DNA from: Enoplolaimus lenunculus
Taxonomy: Eukaryota
Length of the DNA: 64,000 nt
Direction of reading: 5' to 3'
NCBI GenBank assembly: GCA_030248215.1
Contig: JASANG010000440.1
Span: forward strand, 62,001-126,000
Position 1 is the stretch's first letter, and every line of letters begins with the position of its first letter. The position numbers and the translations under genes were made by a program. Below, in pieces: positions 1-12,862 of this stretch. The notes beneath the pieces are model-generated. The model did no database searches. It was not told where the DNA came from and saw only the letters and a list, made by a program, of their open reading frames with translations.

Positions 1-405
1 TCGGAGTGGGCGAACGGAGGAAATGGTACTAATGTTCCTGGGTCCACAACAGGTGCCACTCATAGCTGGCTCACGCCTGTCACAGCTATGCCTAGTGACC
101 CCGGCGTCGTGCTTCATACTCCTAGTAACGGATTGCAAAACGCGCAAGATAGATCTTCATTATTTGTAGCAGCACACGGTTGTATCATACCAACAACGCA
201 TAACAACGCTATTGTGTCAACGTCGTCCTTTGCAACCGCTGCTACTACGCTACAATCGGTGAATTTTCAATCAAACAAACGGCACTTTGTACCGGCAACT
301 GCACATTATGATTGTTCTGATACCGATATGAGCCAATGTTCGAACCGAAAACGCTGGAGATCGGGAACGCTGAGGCCGCATGGAAAGCGAAAAGGGCATA
401 ATAAG
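1..405 (+). CDS. Gene A, 5'-truncated exon (Ser/Thr-rich low-complexity region with basic patches)
   Basis: Frame 1 is open from base 1 (SEWANGG...NRKRWR...KRKGHNK). Donor AAG|GTTAGT at 405/406 is phase 0 and compatible with the exon at 775. Confidence 0.55.
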
Positions 406-774
406 GTTAGTCAATTTTGAGGGGTCAAGCAATTGGCAAAGTGGATTAATGTGCGTCAATGTCTTATCTCATTTACTACTATTACTACTACAATGTTGAA
501 GGGATGTGAAATGTTTCAAACTGTGTTTGACGGGACATCCCTTCGCATGGTTTGGCGCATCGTGAGCTGGAGCAAAGTCAGCTCTGTTTAAATGAAAGTT
601 GGAGTTTTGAATTTGGATAAAGATTTTTGATATTTCGGTTTGTTGGACGTTTGTCAGTGATTTTTGAGTTTGTGGTGCATCGCTGGCAACTGGTAGTAAA
701 TTAGTTACTCATACGTAAATGTTTTTAAATTTGGTTTACAGTCTTAGTTGCAGGTTATGATGATTGTTTTTCAG

Positions 775-848
775 GCAAATTTGGTTTCGTTTGTTACTGC
801 TTTGAGTAAAAAGATAAATCGATTTCTTGAAGAAATCAATGAGGAAGA
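775..848 (+). CDS. Gene A exon (ANLVSFVTALSKKINRFLEEINEE), start of R3H-like domain
   Basis: TTTTTCAG acceptor, GA|GTAAGT donor, open frame, phase 0 to 2. Confidence 0.65.
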
Positions 849-1382
849 GTAAGTTTTTGTTCCTTGAATTTTATTAAAGAAAAAAGTCTTAATTTCGTGA
901 TTGAATGTGTATGTGTTGATTGTAATTCGTTCTACGTAGATAAACGTGTGATTTATTTTGCTTTTGGCTTCACTCTTGTTGTCAGCCTGAACTTACGCAA
1001 CGTGGAGCATTCCACTTATGTCGGGTAAACAATTAGGATACGAGATTTTGGTTAAAAATATTTTGGCTTACAAGAAATCCTGCCATAAAACCGCTACAAA
1101 CATTTGCTTTCCAGTGTACAGATTCCGAATAAAATGCTAAACTTTAGCGATTTACCAGGGCTTAGGCTCAGGCTTATATTCACGTTTAGTCATCGGGATC
1201 TGTTCTACATATGAGCACTAATTCTTGGAGTTTTGAGGTTGACGACAAAGCTCTGCCAACTCTGAGACTGGGACCTTATCTCTAGTAGGAGACAAGAAGG
1301 CGTAGGATTAGGTTTAGGTATGGGCCTAGGCTTTTAGTGAGCAGACCCTTATAATATAACACGGCACAACCGATTGTTTCAG

Positions 1383-1422
1383 GCTGGAAGTTAGACATAT
1401 CAAGAAAAAAGAAAAACGGGAG
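1383..1422 (+). CDS. Gene A micro-exon (E-LEVRHIKKKEKRE)
   Basis: TTTCAG acceptor, GAG|GTGGGT donor. Phase 2 to 0 bridges the 775 and 1699 exons exactly. Confidence 0.6.
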
Positions 1423-1698
1423 GTGGGTGTTTGAATTTTCAGTTGTACAATAGTATTCAGCGGTTGATTTGCACTGTATTAATCACGTGATTATGTTCGT
1501 TTACAACTTCCTGTACACTGCCATGTCCGCCTTCAGTAGATTGTGATGTATAATAACTAATGGCTGTATAGGTCCTGTAGCCTTTTTGGTTGAAACAACT
1601 GTGATAGTTAACCAACATATTTTGTGTCACCAAAATTTAACTTTGCTAATTGTATTTATTTGTGTCTCTACAATTTGCTTGTTATTGTTGTATTTTAG

Positions 1699-1780
1699 GT
1701 GCTAAGACTGGCTGCGTTTTATCAGCTGGACGTGCGGTATATTTCTAGTCGCCGAAGATCTCTTGTGTTGATGAAACAAG
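1699..1780 (+). CDS. Gene A exon (VLRLAAFYQLDVRYISSRRRSLVLMKQ), R3H-like domain C-terminal half
   Basis: TTTTAG acceptor and AAG|GTTAGT donor; only phase 0 is open. The joined peptide FLEEINEEELEVRHIKKKEKREVLRLAAFYQLDVRY...RSLVLMK resembles the R3H pattern by eye. Later exons (candidates 1915-1971 and 2239-2267/2296) are unresolved. Confidence 0.6.
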
Positions 1781-3222
1781 GTTAGTCTTAAATGCTTACG
1801 GACGTCTATCAATTTTTTTCTCGTTTGTTTGGAGAATGGACGGTTTCAGTTTTGAAAGCGTAACTTTGCACTTATCAAAGGTTGACGAGGATGTGGTTGC
1901 ATTAGTTCTTATAGACCTGTTTCGTACTCAAGAGTCTAAAAGTTTTTTCGAGCGAGCGAGTTGCGCCTCAGGTAATTATTGTTTCTTGTCTGCAGGTTAT
2001 TACAGCCTGACTTTTCGAAGCTTTCAAGCAATTTCGGGGATATATTTTTTATCTCCCTTTCTGTATGATGCTGTTACAGCCGTTGTTACTTCCAGACGGC
2101 TGACTTGAAATTTTTGAAACTTCAGCAGTAACGAAATTCTATATTTAAATGTTCATGGTTAAATCGCCACTTAAAATTTTTTGGTGCCCTTAAGTTGAGT
2201 CAATTACAAAAATTATTGTAAGTTTTTGTTGGTTTTAGCGATGCAGAAGAAACTAAAAACCGTGTGATGTCAGCGCTACAAAAGCATGAAATATAATCTC
2301 AATTAATAGTGATATTTATTATTTTTAATTGATTTTTTGTTTGTATGTATGGCCGATTTTTAGCTGGTTTGAAACACGGTGTTTTATCATACTTTTCTAT
2401 TTAAATGTCGAAGTAAAAGCTGCAAACTGAGTTAATTTTCTGTATTTGCGTTAAAATGCACGCAATGGTGGGCTTGTTTTGTGGTGTCATTGTATTGTTA
2501 TTTGGGACCATTTTTGAGATTAATTAATTTTGAATTTGTGATCAAAAATTTGATGCTGCACCAAAGCAGAATGAAATAAAATTATCAGTTTTGATTTTGA
2601 GTGACAATTTATGTATATATTTGCAATCTTCATGACGTGATCTTTTTGAAATTGTACAGTAAAACGCCATGTGTATTTGAATTGAGCGGTCAATTGCAAG
2701 GTGTACAAGGAGGTGAAAAAACCGGAGCCGGAGGTGCAGGTATTAAACAATTTTTTCCCGGAGCCGGGGATATAATAGTAAATCTTTAGTGATAAAATGG
2801 CTGCTATTCTTCAGGGTGCAACTGGAATGTGAAAATACCTGAGACGGAGGTCAACAAAATTGCCGAAGCCAGAGGTGAACCCGGTGTTGAGGTGAAAATA
2901 CGTAGTTAATGCTTAATTTGTTAACTTTATAGAATAGGTCTAATGTGTTGTTAAATCGTTTGGTTTTAATACGTTTTTTATAAAATCCTGACATTTTATT
3001 CCTCAATGTACCAAAAGTTAAAACAAAACGCACCAAGCAGAAATGTAAAAATATAGAAAAGTTCCACAGCTGAAATTGCCGGAAACTCCGGCGAAAATTC
3101 AACCAGAGCCGTAGTTCGATTTTCTGCCGGAGGCAAACACATCTCACGCATCTTTAAATTTATGAATCCGACACTGTTCTGCCAAGCTCGAGTTTAAAAA
3201 ACTGTATAATTTTCTGTTGTAA

Positions 3223-3374
3223 GGCCAATGTAAAGAACAGGGGCGGAACAGTATTATAAGCATATTCCTAACCCTAAGCGTACGAATGAGCATATTCCTA
3301 AGCCTAAGCCAAGTAAAAAATTAGTCTAAAGTTTAAGCTTAATCTATTGCAGTTCCACGATCTTTACATGGGCC
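3223..3374. mobile_element. GGCC-ended MITE with internal GCCTAA repeats (family A, subtype 1)
   Basis: Termini GGCCAATGTAAAGA / TCTTTACATGGGCC; many homologous copies in the window. Confidence 0.85.
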
Positions 3375-6274
3375 GTTAAATGAATTGCGTGGGGAGTTTT
3401 TCTAAATATATTTACAAATGATTGCAGGTGTTAATAAGCCACTTAAAGTGTGCCATGTTTTGCTTTGTACGAACCGCGAAGGGACTCGTTTGTTTCCGTC
3501 AATTTTTTGCCAGAAATTATTGAATACCAAAAATATCGTAAATCCTCTACAAAACGAGGGAGGCTACAACTGGAGTCTGCCGCCGATTCCGGCAGAAAAT
3601 CGACTTTCGGCTCAACGAGAAGTTTTGCAGGAGGTTCCTGCAAGTTCGGTAGTGAAATTTTGCGTGCATATATTTTTACAAAATTTGTTGTTGCGCGTTT
3701 TGTTTTAACTGATGGCACAATTTTTGTGCAAAAAACATAAAACCAAACGATTTAACAACACATTGCTTAAAACTAACAAATTAAACATTTTAACTGCCTA
3801 ATTTTACCTCGACATCTTCGGCTCCGGAAAGTTTTGTTAACCTCCGGTTCCGGTATATTTTACTTTAGGTTCCACGCTGAAACGCGGATATCTATAAATT
3901 TGAAGTGTCGGGCAAATATTTTGAAATCTTGCTAAAAAACGATTTGGAAGGATCATGAGCCATTCAACCTTGTAAAAAATATAAAAAGATCAAATTATTT
4001 GGCAAAAAAAGAACGAAGAAGACCAGATTTTACTTTTACTGTAGTGATCTGAATAACGAGAAAAAATAACAGTCCGGTGTCCCCATTTTGGAGCTGAATC
4101 AATTCAACAGGCGGCCATTTCTTTAATTACACTCAGTAAAATCGATAAGGTTCAAAGTTAATTCGACCGTAAACGTCAATTACCCCCACAGTCGTGTAAA
4201 ATTGCTCCGAGAGCAAACTGTATATTTCGGACCACTAATCAAAGTAGTAATGTTGCGTATATTCATAGCGGCATGTTCAATTGATACAAGAAGTGTATTC
4301 CTAAAGTAAACAACTTAAATGGCAGACAATTTCGTCGGATATTCTGACCAATGAAAAATAGGAAACTATTGCTAAAATAAGCGAATTTAATATTTTCCTA
4401 ACTGCCAATATTTGGCCCATATTAAGCTTTGGCTCTGCCAAATTACATCGGCTTAAGGCACCGAGGTAAATTTACATTCGGTTGTACCTTGGTATGTTTT
4501 CGAATATTCGACGTTTCAATTTTATAAAACAACTCATTTAAATACATAAGTTAAAAAAGTTTCATTATACACTCATTAATATCTTTTAAAACTTAGTTTT
4601 CATTTTAGAAACAAAAACAATTTACCACTTAAATAAAATTTATAACATACAATACACAAAGCCATCTTTATTAGCAATGCGAAGACAAACTGAAATTGTC
4701 CGATATCAAACGAGTTTCTAGGGCACTGAAAGGAATGACACTAAAACAGCCAAATATTGCATCCAAACACGCAATTTCACGCTACCCTGGGCATTTATGT
4801 CAGTCTACACAATCCATCCTGCAGAGTTTGTTCAACATTGTCTAGAGTTCCAGTTTTTGCTGGCTTTACAAAAAAATGTTTTTTTATAAAAACAAATTAC
4901 ATTTTCAAGCATTATTGGGTTGGTTTGTTTAGGAAACTTGGAAAAAATTTAAGAACCAACATTTTAGTCACAGGAGTTGTATATTTTATTGCTTTTTTCA
5001 ATATGAGAAATAGTGTTGTTAGCGGACATATTTTTGATACCAAACGAATACGAAAAACAGACGATGCCCAGCTCAGCCCTAACTCGGTCCCAGATTGTAA
5101 CACCCTGTCAATTCCTGTGGGTTGATTTTAATTCAGAATGAGTTGGTGACGGGTTTATTGCTCAAGAAAGGAAATCTTACATATGCCATCTGTTCTGCTT
5201 TACTTTGAAAATAATCATTTTAGAACAGCGTTTCACTTTGAAGTGTGTTTCAAGTATTCAAATATTTTCCCATGTGCTTCGTTTCAAAGTTACGGGTTCT
5301 GGTCTAAAATTATTTTAGTATTTTTTATACTGGTCGTCATAGAAAGAACTTATGCTATACGGTTATTATGAGGGTCAGTTTATTTTGCAAGAAACTTTGC
5401 TTTAATAATACGCTACGCTTGTTTTCTTTTCGAAAAATTGTTTCGGAATACCAGGTCATCTATTTTTGTCGAACTAACGTAAACATTTTAAAGTTTGCTG
5501 TGAATAGGATCTAAGGCTTTCATCAGGGTAATGTTTCTATTCATAGGCTACGAACTTAAACGCCAAATATTAAATTTTTATTTTCAGCTGCTTTTTCTTC
5601 ACTGGTAAAGCAGGGTGCAACCGGGATTCCGGTTTCGGCGCTTTTTTCACCTTCCGGTTCTGGTAAATTGTGGTCCGGTTACACCCTACTTGGAAGTATC
5701 TTCAATGATATAAGGTTTCACGAATCTACAGCAACATTTCATTGCAACATTTTGATTGCATTTTCGCCGTATGCATGTGAGACATGCTTGACCTAGTGCA
5801 TATGCAATAAATGCAATACACGTCTGCTTGCCGGCAGCATACGGTAGACACATATAGTCGACGAAAAATGCAGTTGGATAGGCGAGCTGCGTGGCGCAGT
5901 GGTAGAGTGTTCGTTGAACGACCCGTACGCTGAGCGTCGAATTTTTGCAAAAAAATATGCGATTTCTACGCGTACAAATATGACGTCAAATGTTGCATAA
6001 AAGTTGCTAAAAACATGAAATCTTAAAAGTTTCATGTTTTATAGACATTTTTTTCTGAAAATATTCTTTGAGTTTAATTTTATTAAAAGTTTGTTTGCTA
6101 AACTGATTTTAACTTTACAAGTCTGACTGGACCGTATTTAATCTGAAGTGTAGTTTTTGTGGCAGTACCAAGCAATTTATCTTATGGTGATTGGTTGTTT
6201 TAGTGTAATTGCTTGTCTAAGTACAACTTAAACCACGAAATGTTTTCAAAAGCCTATTCTCAACCTCTCTCTAT

Positions 6275-6495
6275 GGCCCATATTCTCAAGTGTATATTGC
6301 AAGTATCATCAGTTAGTAATAGGTTTCTAACTCACTAATTGTTGCAGTTGTTTAACTCAAAATTGGTACAGGAGTGTAACAAATCATTTGCGAAACATGT
6401 ACTTAATTTTGAGCCTCAGCATTCACTGATTTGAAAGTTACATGACCTATCACCAGCCTGGTGATATGTGCTACACACATTTGAGAATACGCACC
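6275..6495. mobile_element. MITE with GGCCCATATTCTCAA / TTGAGAATACGCACC ends (second copy ~31809-32015)
   Basis: Two ~210-bp alignable copies with imperfect TIRs. Confidence 0.7.
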
Positions 6496-6937
6496 TAGAA
6501 TCTAGTTTAAGCTACCTGATCATGCTAAATTTACTAGATTTATTTAGCTGAAAATGACAACTCCCGTTTTAATGCTGTGCTTACAAATCGTAATATTAGT
6601 TCAATTATACAATGTCCACACAGAGATAAAGGTAATGATACAGAGCGCTACTGCGGGTATCCGGTCGTAGCCAGACGAGAAAACTCAAACGGAACGCAGC
6701 TGACCCTAACAAGTTCCTGGCCTACCTTGAAAAGTTTTAGTCCCTTGAACGAATTCAGCCGCATGCATCACCTAAAAACTATATAGTCTTCATTGAAATG
6801 TTGAGCTGACTTATAATTATTTTTTCATGGTCGCCTATCGTTGTATTATAGCGGTAATTCTCTGCAGTTTTAAGGCAAAAATCCTTTAAAATTTAGAAAA
6901 AAGGTTAGAGAATGTATAAAAATGTTTAGTTTTGTCA

Positions 6938-7110
6938 CAAGGCCCGTAGCCAGCTCTCCATGCTTGGGGGGTAGGGCTAAAAAATTTTTAGGAGGAGTAT
7001 TCAAGGGTTTATAGTGACTTGCAAGCAGGGTTGAAAATTTTCTGGGGGGCGGGCAAAATTTTTCCGGGGGGATCTGAGCCCCCATGGCCTCCCCCCTTGG
7101 CTGCGAGTGC
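6938..7110. mobile_element. Short CAG-ended MITE (second copy ~9548-9712)
   Basis: Two alignable copies; termini (CA)GGCCCGTAGCCAG / TGGCTACGGGCC. Confidence 0.7.
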
Positions 7111-7312
7111 GGATTTATAAACTTCTTTTATTCAAAACTATCTTGGATTCTGTAATGCGCATTTTTTGCTGTTTATAATTTGATCAGCAAATAAACTTAA
7201 AAAATGAAAAAGAATTTAAAAATTATTCTGATTTACATTTTTTCAAAATAAATACACTAATGTTTGTTAAAAATTAACGCCGTAAAATAACTGATCGTTT
7301 GCTGAGAATGAC

Positions 7313-7489
7313 GGCCAATGTTGATTTTAGGGGCGTAACAGAGATTATGCGTATTCCTAAGCTTAAGCTTAGCAAAAACGTGTTCCTAAACTTAAGCCTA
7401 ACCCTAAGTAAAAAATGTAGTCTTGAATCTAAACCTACTCTTTTATAAACCCACCAGAAACCTGGACGTCCCTAATAGTACCATGGACC
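7313..7489. mobile_element. Family A MITE, subtype 2
   Basis: Perfect 8-bp TSD AGAATGAC on both sides; internal CCTAAG repeats. Confidence 0.9.
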
Positions 7490-8210
7490 AGAATGACTGT
7501 AGGCAATGGCGTTTGTTGGATCACTCGATCTGATGGCCTCTTAGATTTGACCGATTGGTTGGTAGCAGGATACAACTGGAAAGTTGGCTACGGCTTCGGC
7601 CGATCTTTGCCCTCCAACTCTGGAAATTATTGATCGTTTGGTTCATTTACGTTTTAGGTTTCGGTACAAGTTTGAGTAGTTGTTAACTGCCATAATTGCC
7701 TAAAAAGTAAGCATAAATCAAAGTTTACGATTTTTGTCGATATAAAAGCAAATTGAACATTTATTTTAATTTCGATTCACCGCCGGCTTTTCTTGCCGCT
7801 CCAGCTGTGGTATTTTTCACCTCAGGATGCGCCATGGTTGGTAGTTTCACAGCGGTTTGTTTTGGCTGTTGCGTTAGATTTGTAAACCTCAAAAACATTA
7901 TTCAGCAACAATTAATTGCAGGAAAGAATTACAAGGAATATACGACAACGCCCGGTTGTAGGCGGATATTAAAAATAACGAAAAAAAGTTTCAAAGATGT
8001 TTTATTTTTCTGCCAGTACAACTGAACAACTAAAAGCATGCAAACACGGTCGTTGCTAAAATCTTCAAGAAAAACAGCCATTTTGCATATGCTGGAAAAC
8101 TTGTCAAACCATTAAAGATAGTAAACTGAAAAATTTTCGCTTAAACACAAATTATGCAATAAAATATTGATAAGAAATTAGTCATAATTTTGTAGGCGTT
8201 TTTGGCGGTC

Positions 8211-8370
8211 GGCCAATGTAAAGAACAGGGGCGGAACAGTATTATAAGCTTATTCGTAAGCATAAGCCGAAACCTAAGCCTAAGCCAAGCAAAAAAATTT
8301 GTCTAAAGCTTAAGTTTACTCTATTGTAGTCCCACAGAAAAACGTTCCACCCCTGATGTTTACACGGGCC
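8211..8370. mobile_element. Family A MITE, subtype 1
   Basis: ~27-bp imperfect TIR; TSD TGGCGGTC/TTGCGGTC. Confidence 0.9.
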
Positions 8371-8598
8371 TTGCGGTCTGTTTGCAGTGTCTAAAGCTTA
8401 AACGTTACACGAAAAGTTTATAGACGAAGTCGAGACCCTACCACTGTTTAAACATTAACTTTGTTTATTCAAGTGTAGGGTGGTTTGTCTGGTATTCACT
8501 TTGATTTTAACTTTTATCAACCATACGACTATAAATTAGTAAATCCACTGTGTTTGTGTGTGTTTGATAGCTCTGCCTAACCGTGCCTCAAGTATTCC

Positions 8599-9004
8599 GG
8601 CCCATGTAAAGATCAGAAGCGGAACGTTTCTCTGTGGCACTATAATAGAGTAAGTTTTAGCTTTAGGCTAATTTTTCTGTTTGGCTTAGGTTTAGGCTTA
8701 GGCTTAGAAATATGCTCATTCTTACACTTAAGATTAGGTTTAGGCTAAGGAATATGCTCATTCTTATGCTTAAGATTAGATTTAGGCTTGGGAATATGCT
8801 CGTTCTTACGCTTAGGATTAGGTTTAGGCTTAGGAATATGCTGATTCTTACGCTTAGGATTAGGTTTAGGCTTAGGAATATGCTGATTCTTACGCTTAGG
8901 ATTAGGTTTAGGCTTAGGAATATGCTGATTCTTACGCTTAGGATTAGGCTTAGGCTTAGAAATATGCTTATAATACTGTTCCGCCCCTGTTCTATACATT
9001 GGCC
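8599..9004. mobile_element. Family A MITE, expanded by an internal 42-bp tandem repeat (~6 units)
   Basis: TIRs at both ends; unit AATATGCTGATTCTTACGCTTAGGATTAGGTTTAGGCTTAGG. Confidence 0.9.
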
Positions 9005-11450
9005 AGTGTGCCGAACAATTTTGTCCTTAAAACACGATGGTTGCAGCAGGGCTCTGCAGTATATGAGCCATGATACAATATACTGCATATCATATAGGTA
9101 AACGGTCAAAACTACGCTTGCACACAATATTGTTAATTGCAATTTACTGCAGCGTGCGAGACTCAGAAAGCATATGCGGTTGTATCTCAATCAAATCACG
9201 GGATAATTGCTCAAAAATAACTACATTAATTAAATATTAATGGCTGTATTTGACCTTGTGTTGTTTTTTAAATCCAAACTGGTGGCTAATTTTCTAACAG
9301 GATATCATATATTTTAAAAAATATTCGTTTCATTTGTTGGCCCATGTAAACATTAGGTAAGCTTTAAGCTTTTGACTAATTTTTTTTGCTTGGATTAGGA
9401 TTAGGAACATAGTTATAATACTGATCCGCCCCTGTTCGTTACATTGTCGTCATTTGTTTAACCTTCATATTGAAATATGTACAGTTTGGTTATGTATATT
9501 AGCATATATAATATATAAATATATTATATATCCCATATTATTATATACAGGCTCGTAGCTAGCTCACCTTGCTAGGGGGTGGCTAAAAATTTATCAGGAA
9601 GGGCATTCAAAGGTTTTTAATGAGTTGCAAGCAAGGTTGACAATTTTCTAGGGAGGTCATATTTTTCCAGGCAATCTGTGCCCCTCCTGACGCCCCCTTG
9701 GCTACGGGCCCGCATATATGGTTTATGTATATTTTATATTTTAATTGCGGTTACAGATGGTCTGCAGAGTTAAAAATTATGATTTGATGTTCGAATATAA
9801 GAGCGATGTTTTTGGCGTTGGTCGAAGACAAAATATTCGAGCTAGAGCATGCAGCCGTCTCTGCCTGCAAATTTCAGTTGAAACGTTCTGCGGTGCATTT
9901 GAAAAATTTGATGAATGATAAAAATTTACGCTATTCCGTCTGAATAGAACTTTTTCAAGTTTTAAGTTTTCATAGGCCAACCTTATCATATCCCTACGGT
10001 AAATTTGTAGCAATACATTATTGCTTGTCCGTTATTATACAAAATCTTTAAATATGCCTGCAGTAAATAAAGATATTTCACTCTGTAACCACGGTTCTGG
10101 CATTTTTGACAACTTTTGACAAGTGGAATTCTAAAATTAATGAACATTTTCTCACAAAACTTTATTTTTATCGTATGTTTTCGCGTTTGAGTCACAAATT
10201 TTGAATCATTTTTTACACGAACTTTCGGTAGCAAAAAACAGTTTCCCGTGAAAACTGAACCGTTTACAATTGAAAATTTGTCACAAGTAAAATGAGTAAT
10301 TTAAAATTTGATGGCTCCTGCTCAATTTGAACGGATTCACTGATTTTAACTTGGCTGTCGATGTAAAAGTATTTCGAGTGCCGCTCACCATCGAGTCGCC
10401 ACCCATCATCGAGTCGCCGCCCATTTAAATATGGAGCGACTCGGATCTGAACCTGTAGTTCGTTCGTTTAAAACTCGACACCGCAAGACGTATCGTTGAA
10501 CTGTGCAGTCATAAAATAAGTTTCTCTCAACTGAATTTGAAAATGTTTTCAGTTGAAAACGGTTAATATTTTAAGAATTGAAATTTTTTTGATTTTAAGT
10601 AAAAAGTTACCAGTGACAGACCCAACGAGAGCATACGAGTTTCACGATCCCACTTACTCATACTCTTTAATAGCAACTGCTGCTTCTTTACCGCTTTTCA
10701 CATGTTTAAATTGATAATCTGTAGTCGGAACTTTAACATTTCAAATGTTCAAAATATAAATTTTTAGATCCGCAAGTTTTTTTAATGATTTCGAATCTTC
10801 GTTTGCCAGAAAATCCATGATTATTCTGTGTTTACCGCTGAACCAAACTCTCAACTCTGTTCGATTATTCTCATCCAAATTCATATTTACATGGACAGGA
10901 ATGGGGGCCGTGGATCGCGCAACAACGATGACGAATTCTTAAGTCCGGGTGAAACAAAATAGGGAAAATAATCACACAAGCGAATCGACTGACAATTCAA
11001 CGGTGAATTCAAAGATTTCAGGGTAAACAGTTTGGCCCCCGGCCGTTCTGACTGACAATTCAAAGGTGAATTCAAAGATCTCAGGGTAGACAGTTTGGTC
11101 CCTGGCCGTTCTGTTACTGCGCGGGTGATTCCCAAATTAAATTCACAGTTAAATATTGATATTTTATACTTGAAAACTCTCTACAGTTCACAAATCAAAA
11201 AGTGATTGATAGCAGCTGTAATATTCATAGACTCTGTTTAAAATGAGGTCATGCAATTCGTATCTGTCGTTGTTGTCGCTCTGATGTGAAAATTGAACGG
11301 TTTTGAAAATGAAATTCAGTGAAATATTTCAGTGGTCAATTTTTTCGAAAATTTCCGGGCGTTTACCTGTTACTCATGTCTAAACTCTGAAACGAGATTG
11401 GTTGATTGTTAATTTTGATTCGAGTTTAAGCTTAAGCAGATGCCGCAAAC

Positions 11451-11932
11451 CACACTGCAAAAAATGGTAAGTCAAATTGACTCCCCCTAAATAGGCTTTT
11501 CCGGACTGCACAAACTGAGTCAAATTCGACACCGTCAAAGTCAAAAGTGTGACTCAGTGGATCGAATTTGTCTCTGGTGAAGTCGAATTTTGACTCGGTT
11601 TGTGTTGTCCGGAAAAGCCTATTTCGGAGAGAGTCAATTTGACTCACCATTTTTTGCATTGCAGGGTGCGACCGGATTTTGGCTTACCTGAACCGTATAC
11701 TTAATTGGAATTTTTTAACGGAACAGTACCGGATATTGCATATGTTAACTCTTTCTCACATGAATATTTTCTATTTGCCCTGAGACCTACTTTTATGCTA
11801 GGATTCGAACTCCAGTGAGTGGAGTGGGAGGCGGTTACCATCACCAATCAGCTATAGGAGATTGACGCTCGAGCCCGAGGGGGCTCTCACGTCTTGTGGT
11901 GAGTTAGTACTATGTATACGTGTCGCACCCTG
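11451..11932. mobile_element. hAT-like MITE (family D) hosting nested family B and truncated family C insertions
   Basis: 8-bp TSD CCGCAAAC at 11443-11450 and 11933-11940; termini CAGGGTGCGAC / GTCGCACCCTG. Confidence 0.85.
11453..11661. mobile_element. CACTG-ended palindromic MITE (family B, CACTA/EnSpm-like)
   Basis: ~200-bp near-palindrome, CACTGCAAAAAATGGT... termini, 2-bp TSD CA. Confidence 0.88.
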
Positions 11933-12862
11933 CCGCAAACCCGTTCAATCTTTTAAAACTCAACTTTTTGTGCAACTCAAATTGCGTTTGGTTTCTGATT
12001 TGAAACGGTTACATTTCATTTCGAATATTTGATATTTTTCTATCCGCAATATCTGTTGCGCATCCCGAGATCTGACGCGAAAAAATAATTTTTGAAAAAA
12101 TTTAGCAAAAGATGACAGTCTCATTGTTGCTTATGAATGTCCTGTTGTGAAATTTGTGTATTTTTATTATCGATTTTGTTTTTTTTGCAAATACAAAGCA
12201 TCGAAAATATTGGGATATTGAATGGTTGTTTGCTGGGTAGTTTAATTTAAGTTTTTCCTTGGTTAAATCTTGACAAAAGTTTTTTGGTTTGTGTACGTAA
12301 AATAGAGCAAAACTGACACATCGCAAGGTATAAAGTACGTGGATAGCATCCGGAGGTACAGGCATACTTCACTGTCGACCGGAATCCGTCGGCAATATTC
12401 TTAATTTCATTAAGTAGCAGGACCCAACCTGAATTATAAATAATTCCGGAACCAAAAAAGGGAAATTAAAATAATGCCGAGTTTTCTACCGGAATCGGAA
12501 CCGGATTTTACAAACAGGTCCACCGGAGCTCATTTTATCCAAAATTTTGTTGTCAGTCTCATGCGACCACTGATTGCTTAATTTGAAGTTTTCAGGAAAT
12601 CCTGCGAAATTCTTAGCTTTCAGCAGATTTGACCCCTGACCGATGAGTTCAATAAAATACATTTTGAAGCAAAACTGCTACAACTGAGAACACCGAAATA
12701 TCCGGTAAAAATTGCCAAATTTAATAACGGAACCGAACCGTAGACGATACCGTATTTCCCGGCCGGAAACAGAATTTCGGTTGAACCTGATTTCTTTGTT
12801 TCATTGCTTATCAATTTACATATCCAGCGAATGAGACAGGCTTCAAAATATGCTTAATTCTA

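Noticed and set aside
1836..2108. 90-aa ORF as a gene A terminal exon
   Set aside because: Several competing splice options (1915, 1996, 2096, 2239) cannot be resolved, and one would need a 24-nt intron.
8663..9190. ORFs of 84-175 aa with LSLNL/RLRLR/KPKPN periodicity (also 19139, 33113, 39541, 40514, 51183)
   Set aside because: They are translations of TTAGGC repeats inside family A MITEs.
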